DNA of 64,000 nucleotides from Laetmonice hystrix. Lineage: Eukaryota. The position numbers and the translations under genes were made by a program. Numbering within the stretch: position 1 is the stretch's first letter; every line of letters starts with the position of its first letter. The notes below the pieces were generated by a model. It saw nothing but the letters and a program-made list of their open reading frames with translations. It made no database searches and had not been told where the DNA came from. Shown piece by piece: positions 55,539-64,000 of the stretch. Where the stretch lies: positions 43,402,001 to 43,466,000 of the forward strand of contig OZ249436.1 in assembly GCA_965235115.1 (NCBI GenBank), given 5' to 3'.

Positions 55539-57765
55539 GACTATTCATATATAAAGTCATCATGAGATGCTACATTCATGTAAGACTATTCATATAAAGT
55601 CATCATATTACATTCATGTAAGACTATTCATATATAAAGTCATCATGAGATGCTACATTCATGTAAGACTGTTCACATCATGAGATGCTACATTCATGTA
55701 AGACTATTCATAAAGTCATCATGAGTTGCTACATTCATTTATAACTATTCATAAAGTCACCATGAGATGCTACATTCATGTAAGACTATTCATATAAAGT
55801 CATCATATTACATTCATGTAAGACTATTCATATATAAAGTCATCATGAGATGCTACATTCATGTAAGACTGTTCACATCATGAGATGCTACATTCATGTA
55901 AGACTGTTAACATCATGAGATGCTACATTCATGTATGACTATTCATAAAGTCATCATGAGTTGCTACATTCATTTATAACTATTCATAAAGTCATCATGA
56001 GATGCTACATTCATGTAAGACTATTCATATAAAGTCATCATATTACATTCATGTAAGACTATTGATATATAAAGTCATCATGAGATGCTACATTCATGTA
56101 TGACTATTCATAAAGTCATCATGAGATGCTACATTCATGTATGACTATTCATAAAGTCACCATGAGATGCTACATTCATGTAAGACTATTCATATAAAGT
56201 CATCATATTACATTCATGTAAGACTATTGATATATAAAATCATCATGAGATGCTACATTCATGTAAGACTGTTAACATCATGAGATGCTACATTCATGTA
56301 TGACTATTCATAAAGTCATCATGAGATGCTACATTCATGTAAGACTATTCATATAAAGTCATCACATTACATTCATGTAAGACTATTCATATATAAAGTC
56401 ATCATGAGATGCTACATTCATGTAAGACTATTCATATAAAGTCATCACATTACATTCATGTAAGACTATTCATATATAAAGTCATCATGAGATGCTACAT
56501 TCATGTAAGACTATTCATAAAGTCATCATGAGATGCTACATTCATGTATGACTATTCATAAAGTCATCATGAGATGCTACATTCATGTAAGACTATTCAT
56601 ATAAAGTTATCACATTACATTCATGTAAGACTATTCATATATAAAGTCATCATGAGATGCTACATTCATGTAAGACTATTCATAAAGTCATCATGAGATG
56701 CTACATTCATGTATGACTATTCATAAAGTCATCATGAGATGCTACATTCATGTAAGACTATTCATAAAGTCATCATGAGATGCTACATTCATGCATGACT
56801 ATTCACATCATGAGATGCTACATTCATGTATGACTATTCATAAAGTCATTATGAGATGCTACATTCATGTAAGACTAGTCATAAAGTCATCATGAGATGC
56901 TACATTCATGTAAGACTAGTCATAAAGTCATTATGAGATGCTACATTCATGTAAGACTATTCACACCATGAGATGCTACATTCATGTATGACTATTCACA
57001 CCATGAGATGCTACATTCATGTAAGACTATTCATATAAAGTCATCATAAGATGCTACATTCATGTAAGACTAGTCATAAAGTCATTATGAGATGCTACAT
57101 TCATGTAAGACTATTCATATAAAGTCATCATAAGATGCTACATTCATGTAAGACTAGTCATAAAGTCATCATGAGATGCTACATTCATGTAAGACTATTC
57201 ACACCATGAGATGCTACATTCATGTATGACTATTCACACCATGAGATGCTACATTCATGCATGACTATTCATAAAGTCATGAGATGCTACATTCATGTAT
57301 GACTTCATAAAGTCACCATAAGATGCTACATTCATGTATGACTTCACACCATGAGATGCTACATTCATGTAAGACTATTCATATAATGTCACCATGAGAT
57401 GCTACATTCATGTATGACTATTCATAAAGTCATGAGATGCTACATTCATGTAAGACTATTCATATAATGTCACCATGAGATGCTACATTCATGTAAGACT
57501 ATTCATAAAGTCACCATGAGATGCTACATTCATGTAAGACTATTTACACCATGAGATGCTACATTCATGTATGACTATTCACACCATGAGATGCTACATT
57601 CATGCATGACTATTCATAAAGTCATCATGAGATGCTACGTTCATGTATGACTATTCATAAAGTCACCATGAGATGCTACATTCATGTATGACTATTCATA
57701 AAGTCACCATGAGATGCTACATTCTTGTAAGACTATTCATATAATGTCACCATGAGATGCTACAT
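55539..57765. repeat. Compound AT-rich minisatellite (30-41-bp variable units), 2.2 kb
   Basis: Core catgagatgctacattcatgtaagactattcataaagtcat with indel variants. Confidence 0.95.
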
Positions 57766-59160
57766 CCCTATATGAACGTTCATACATTGATGTAGCAAAC
57801 TATGTACTTGCCGTGAACAGTTCGTGGTCATATCGGATATGCAGAGCGTGATATATTCCGTTGATTAAATCTCCGGAGGTAATTCTAATTCAGCAGCACA
57901 GCGTTATTTAAAACTCTCCTAGCTTTAAGGTTTGATTAGTGATATGCGGGCATGCCTTCTTGTTCAGTTCTAATTAAAGAGGCAAACTAATCCTTAAAGT
58001 GAGGTGATATCTAAATAAGTGGGCGGGTTACTGGTCCATATTATGGCGATCCGTCAGTCGTAGCCTGTGGTAAAGAATAAGTTGACATACGTTTAGTGAA
58101 CTTTTCCTATCCCCCAGAGTTGACCAAAATAACTACGCCTTTCAATTCGGCCCAGATTTGTAAACCGTCAACCACGTATGTGTTTATTTTTGGATAGAAC
58201 TTCCTGTGGCAATATTGGACGCGTAGGTCTTCTGTGAGGTCCTCCTCCTCAAGTGTGATGTCATAGTTGACCGGCTGGAGACATGACGGGAAGCTCAGCC
58301 GCCGATAATGAAGGTGTTATCTGACATCACGGAGCGTTGTTTAACACTAATTGGACATGGTTCCTGACGGGTTTCGTGCCAGTAGTAGCAATGAATGATG
58401 AGGTCAACTGTCTCAGGTACCAGTTACTAGACCGTCTAGGTAGTTATATAATGAGCCACCTGTATATACAGGGTAACAGAATCAACGCTATCATCAGAAA
58501 GACCTTGGTATGGGGTCATATAATAATATAAAGGCTACGGTCTAATCTATGGTAATAAGTGCTACTGCTCAGGTAAATTATGAGGGTCATAGAGTATGCC
58601 GTGAGGCGGTGGTATGGGGGAACAATAGCACTAGTGTTCGAGCCAATGTATCGAGGATTCTTGAGAGAACCTTAGACTTGATACCATCTGGAGGGAGAAG
58701 GAGGAGGAGGAGGAGGAGGAGGTCGATAGAGTGACACTATGTGAGGTTGAAGCGGAATGTAGATGTACATGTGTACCTTGCACCATAGCGGTATATTTCC
58801 AATATCATTGAGGAATGGATAGAGGCCGGGGTGCAGCCGACGTCTCACAGCCACGGCCGTCTTACAGCCACGGCCGTCTCACAGCCACGGCCGTGGGAGA
58901 CGTTACTGATCCATATTGTAGGAACTGATCCTAACAGGGGAAATGATATCGTAATACGGGGTGGGTTATTCCAAATTGTGATGAGCTGATCCTTGAAGGC
59001 GAGAGCTGTATTCGGAGGGTCACGAGCAGCCTGATGGTGGACCTTGTAATAAGAAAAAAGACAGGAAAGAGGAGATATTGTTGATTCAGCAGCATGAGAA
59101 AACAATGAATCGTAAAATAAGATGAAACGGCTGCTCCTTTGTAAGGTGTTGTATTTGAGC

Positions 59161-59830
59161 TCTTCTTCTTCTTCTTCTTCTTCTTCTTCTTCTTCTTCTT
59201 CTTCTTCTTCTTCTTCTTCTTCTTCTTCTTCTTCTTCTTCTTCTTCTTCTTCTTCTTCTTCTTCTTCTTCTTCTTCTTCTTCTTCTTCTTCTTCTTCTTC
59301 TTCTTCTTCTTCTTCTTCTTCTTCTTCTTCTTCTTCTTCTTCTTCTTCTTCTTCTTCTTCTTCTTCTTCTTCTTCTTCTTCTTCTTCTTCTTCTTCTTCT
59401 TCTTCTTCTTCTTCTTCTTCTTCTTCTTCTTCTTCTTCTTCTTCTTCTTCTTCTTCTTCTTCTTCTTCTTCTTCTTCTTCTTCTTCTTCTTCTTCTTCTT
59501 CTTCTTCTTCTTCTTCTTCTTCTTCTTCTTCTTCTTCTTCTTCTTCTTCTTCTTCTTCTTCTTCTTCTTCTTCTTCTTCTTCTTCTTCTTCTTCTTCTTC
59601 TTCTTCTTCTTCTTCTTCTTCTTCTTCTTCTTCTTCTTCTTCTTCTTCTTCTTCTTCTTCTTCTTCTTCTTCTTCTTCTTCTTCTTCTTCTTCTTCTTCT
59701 TCTTCTTCTTCTTCTTCTTCTTCTTCTTCTTCTTCTTCTTCTTCTTCTTCTTCTTCTTCTTCTTCTTCTTCTTCTTCTTCTTCTTCTTCTTCTTCTTCTT
59801 CTTCTTCTTCTTCTTCTTCTTCTTCTTCTT
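59161..59830. repeat. Pure (TTC/GAA)n microsatellite, ~670 bp
   Basis: Uninterrupted tct/ttc repeat, about 223 triplets. Confidence 0.99.
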
Positions 59831-60058
59831 TTTTCGTGTCTGTTTTCCTTGTTAAGATTTCCGAATTTATGCTACTGTAGGAAGTACCACTAGCCGTTGG
59901 TGGCAATTGACGTATGAACAAATACGTCTAAACTATAGCGTGTCAGGGCCATCGCTAATGAGTACCGGTAAGCGGAAAAAACAAAAACACGTGTGTCCTG
60001 GGCACGGTTTTTTGGTTTACTTTTCCACCGTGAGCAAGGGTGAGCATGAGCTCATTCT

Positions 60059-60490
60059 CACGTTACGGTAGGTGGCACGTATTGCGAAACCTTGAGGGAA
60101 TAAACCATGCAAAACGGCCTGTTGGGGTCCTCGCCCCACGTTACGGCAGGTGGCACGTATTGCGAAACCTTGAGGGAATAAACCATGCAAAACGGCCTGT
60201 TGGGGTCCTCGCCCCACCTTACGGCAGGTGGCACGTATTGCGAAACCTTGAGGGAATAAACCATGCAAAACGGCCTGTTGGGGTCCTCGCCCCACCTTAC
60301 GGCAGGTGGCACGTATTGCGAAACCTTGAGGGAATAAACCATGCAAAACGGCATGTTGGGGTCCTCGCCCCACGTTACGGCAGGTGGCACGTATTGCGAA
60401 ACCTTGAGGGAATAAACCATGCAAAACGGCATGTTGGGGTCCTCGCCCCACGTTACGGCAGGTGGCACGTATTGCGAAACCTTGAGGGAA
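60059..60490. repeat. 81-bp minisatellite, about 5 copies
   Basis: Unit cacgttacggcaggtggcacgtattgcgaaaccttgagggaataaaccatgcaaaacggc...tcgcccc. Confidence 0.95.
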
Positions 60491-60499
60491 AAAAACCAA

Positions 60500-60742
60500 A
60501 GGCCTAACGGAAACACAATGATATTTCAGACACTGGGATAACACAACAGCAGGCCTAACGGAAACACAATGATATTTCAGACACTGGGATCACACAACAG
60601 CAGGCCTAACGGAAACACAATGATATTTCAGACACTGGGATCACACAACAGCAGGCCTAACGGAAACAATGATATTTCAGACACTGGGATCACACAACAG
60701 CAGGCCTAACGGAAACACAATGATATTTCAGACACTGAGATC
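60500..60742. repeat. 51-bp minisatellite, about 5 copies
   Basis: Unit aggcctaacggaaacacaatgatatttcagacactgggatcacacaacagc. Confidence 0.95.
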
Positions 60743-62245
60743 ATCTAAGATACGTGTTGCTGCGAGCGATTTTGATCGGTTAAAGTGGTTAGGGGGAATG
60801 TTGGAAGCTGATTGGTCGTGAGTAAGTGGCAATCCCGCACTGATTATCTCATTTACCTTGCTGTGACCAGACCGAACAAACGGTCTCCGAGCAGAGAGCT
60901 CTCCTCGCCTGGCCCCAGGTACAGCCATGTTATAATGTTACCATTATAGATTGGCTGGAGGGAGGGTATTAATTATAGGCGGCTGAGTGGGTCGCTCAAG
61001 TGAGCGCCCTAGTGCCCCTCCGCCTGCCAGGTTCTGAGGTGGTGTTTGACTTGGTGGCAGCTCAAGCTCAGACCTCACGTCGGGGTCAACGTTGTTTGTC
61101 CTATACGTCGGTGGCCTCAACTCCATGACAGATACAACACTTAGCACTTTGCATGTCACAGAGTTATGTAATTTCGGAAACAATTTTGCCATCCTCTCAA
61201 GCGCACTTTGGTTCAGGTATGAGTCTTCCAGAACCTTCTTAAATCCCAATTAATATGTATATGACCTGAATGCAATTTTTCGGATTTATTTAAGAATCTA
61301 AGTTCATTTAGTCATTGTGGTGTACCGGATGCGCCGGCAGTGGTGGCACTCGGAACACGGACGCTGCTTCTGATTGGCTGTTTCTAGGTCATATCCGGAG
61401 GCGAAGCAGGCCTCGGATGTATGAAACGGCCATTTTCACCGGAATTTGTGCAAACCCCAGTGAAGCGGCATCGCGCATGAACACATAGTAAATAGTCGAC
61501 CCCTACGCACAGGCACATAGGCTTTTGAGCATTGCATCGCGGGTACATTTAGCCGGGACTCTCGACAGCATGGCAGTGCTTGCAGTATTTTGTCTGCATC
61601 AGGCATGGAAGCAACTAAAATAGGCCTACAATGCTTTCCCCGAAGTCAGTGGGCAATATTACAATAGTATCATGTCATGATACAACTTAAATTACAACAT
61701 GATTACAAGTAGTCCTACCATGTGTCGGTCCAGTGTCGTACATGGGCGCGGCCATATTGCTTCCCAGAATTTGATAAATTACCGTATTGACGCCCATTTA
61801 TGTAAATTGGGTGATTCATTTTTCTTCTTCAAACGTTCCCCTTCATACCATAAATTTATATTTGCACATACAACGCCGAAGGAGCAGGTGTCAATAATGC
61901 ACTACTTCCTGGCTCGATGGGATATGACGGTTCACTCAGTGCCTCGCTACACACCTCCATTTGGCCGTGTATCTGGTTGCCAAACATGGCCGCTATTCCA
62001 CCCGAGGGTATATTCGAATAGCAGGAAGTGACGTCATATGCCCGAGGGAGTCCCGAATGGGCGGCAGCGCGCGAGTTTGTTGTTTACATCCGGGTCAGTG
62101 GTCCCGACCTAGCCACCCACCCACCCCACCCCCAGCATGGCGACCTTCGTCGTACAGCCGAGATATGACGCAGTCAATCGTGGGTGAGCCGAGTGGCAGT
62201 GGTGGGTGTCACTGGATTTACGGTTATCAAAGGCCGGTAGCCTAC

Positions 62246-62558
62246 TCAGTCAGTCAGTCAGTCAGTCAGTCAGTCGGTATATATGTCTGTCAGTGAGCCT
62301 GTCAGTCTGTCAGTCAGTGTATCAGTGAGCCTGTGAGCCTGTCAGTGAGCCTGTCAGTAAGTCAGTCAGTCTGTCAGTGTATCAGTGAGCCTGTGAGTGA
62401 GCCTGTCAGTCTGTCTGTCAGTGTATCAGTGAGCCTGTGAGTGAGCCTGTCAGTAAGTCAGTCAGTCTGTCAGTGTCTCAGTGAGCCTGTGAGTGAGCCT
62501 GTTAGTCTGTCAGTGTCTCAGTGAGCCTGTCAGTGAGCCTGTCAGTCTGTCAGTCAGT
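62246..62558. repeat. Degenerate (TCAG)n / gtgagcctgtca low-complexity repeat
   Basis: Repeated tcag, gtgagcct and gtctgtca motifs. Confidence 0.85.
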
Positions 62559-63626
62559 GTGTCCAATCAGTCAATTAATCAGTCCGTTTTACGCGAACGG
62601 AAATTATTTTCATTACCCGATCATAAAGCGGTGTGTCAGGCGTGTTGAGCCTCCCAACCTTCTTCGAGAAGATGATTCTGGTCATTGTGGAGGCGGACAA
62701 GTTCTGATGGGTAGGAAGTGTATTATTCTCAGCAGTAGGTTGTTATAACAAACCAGATACACCATCCATCGTGAACCAATGTAAACCTACGACCAGTATT
62801 ATAATCCAGTGACCATTGGTAACGAGAACACTGTAACCCGTATACCTGGTAAGCCTTCCTCGAACGCTGGCTTTCTCATAATATCCCTGGGTTTCCCTGG
62901 GTTCTCAAAATAGTACAGTTCTACAGGGATGTTTAGGATTATAGCAATCAGACAGTATTTCCGTCGGTCCCCTAGCTGTTATAAACGGTGGACATGAATG
63001 GGCGGGCTTAGCTGAAGGCACTGACTGTGTTGTAAACATTCCAAACATTTATTAGTTGGGGCCGAATTAGAAGATGTGATACACTGACTCATGCAGGTCA
63101 GGTATGACCATAATAAATGATTGGTATCTCCTCTGTGGTCAGATTGAGTTCTACTGGAGTTAGTGGCCTTTCCTGACTAGCTGGATAAGACTCAAGTGGG
63201 GGTTCCCGGCGCTCTTGATTGCCACTCGCGATGTGGCTTCTCTGTGCCGGATTGAGTGATACTGAAGTGGCTTCTCCAGTACAGATTTTGTGTAGCTGAA
63301 GTGGCTTCCAATGCAAGCATGATTGAGTTCAGTGTGAAGTGGCTTCTCAAGCAAGGTCGACTTGGGCGATTTGTTTGTTTTTTTCGGCCAGTATTGATTA
63401 CAGTGTTGAAAAAGGTCATGTTGTCCTATATAAATAGCAGTGCAAATGTTGACATTCTGTTGACAATATGATAAAAGATATTTCCTGTTTAATAATGGTG
63501 ATGTGGCGTCCAGGGTTAATAGCGTATTGGATGTAGGCCCGGGTGTGTGGGTGGGTGTGGGTGTATCCACGGGGATATGTAGTACACGATTGTACCTTTG
63601 TAGTACATGTCAGTATGTCGACCATT

Positions 63627-63761
63627 GCCTGAGGCTGGCCGTGCTGACTGAAGCCTGAGGCTGGCCGTGCTGACTGAAGCCTGAGGCTGGCCGTGCTGAC
63701 TGAAGCCTGAGGCTGGCCGTACTGACTGAAGCCTGAGGCTGGCCGTGCTGACTGAAGCCTG
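63627..63761. repeat. 27-bp minisatellite, 5 copies
   Basis: Unit gcctgaggctggccgtgctgactgaa. Confidence 0.93.
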
Positions 63762-63910
63762 GGCAGGAGGACGGGAAGTATATGCCAGGTCTGTCTGCCG
63801 GTGTCGTTGTCGTGTTGTGGTCACCACTGTGGCCATGAGTCGGGCCAGGGAAACCTAGCCGAGGACTTCAATCAATACTAGACAATAGTGTGGTCAGCTG
63901 AGGACACACC

Positions 63911-64000
63911 TGGGTGAGGGTGAGGGTGTGGACACTGAGGATGGGTGGGACACACGGTGGGGTGAGGGTGAGGGTGTGGACACTGAGGATGGGTGGGACA
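63911..64000. repeat. ~48-bp G-rich tandem repeat running off the window end
   Basis: gggtgagggtgagggtgtggacactgaggatgggtgggaca occurs twice. Confidence 0.8.

Noticed and set aside
58845..59921. Poly-Glu and poly-Ser ORFs
   Set aside because: Produced by the (TTC)n microsatellite; the flanking translation resembles no protein I recognise.
63160..63420. Repeated EKP motifs on the minus strand suggesting C2H2 zinc-finger linkers
   Set aside because: No CxxC...HxxxH spacing; only a short repeated ctgaagtggcttc motif.
45979..64000. Further PKG coding exons (cGMP-binding or kinase domains)
   Set aside because: No recognisable cyclic-nucleotide-binding or kinase motifs found by eye; they are presumed to lie beyond the window, though a small exon could have been missed.

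Overview
Repeat-rich animal (probably lophotrochozoan invertebrate) nuclear DNA, not prokaryotic; there is no CRISPR array. (1) 237-18306 (+): a multi-exon receptor tyrosine kinase. It has a signal peptide, divergent Ig-like ectodomains, a TM helix, an intact FGFR-type kinase domain and a C-terminal YLNM motif. Its introns are packed with minisatellites, four of which end at or across 3' splice sites. The most striking (16014-17851) places 16 extra copies of [acceptor + first 37 nt of a kinase exon + new GT donor] in front of the real exon. (2) ~22.3-23.7 kb (+): a small predicted 3-exon gene behind an RFX X-box, ending in a UBX-domain-like C-terminus. (3) 24-44 kb: tandem repeats, many non-autonomous DNA transposons (including a 4-kb CACGTG-rich CMC/EnSpm-like element), a tRNA-Lys pseudogene and a 5'-truncated LINE. 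(4) 45593-45978 (+): first coding exon of a cGMP-dependent protein kinase, followed by >18 kb of intron with more satellites and a ~670-bp pure (TTC)n tract. Most long ORFs in the supplied track are artefacts of stop-free tandem repeats. Exon models were assembled by eye from splice sites, phase and motifs; no database searches were run.
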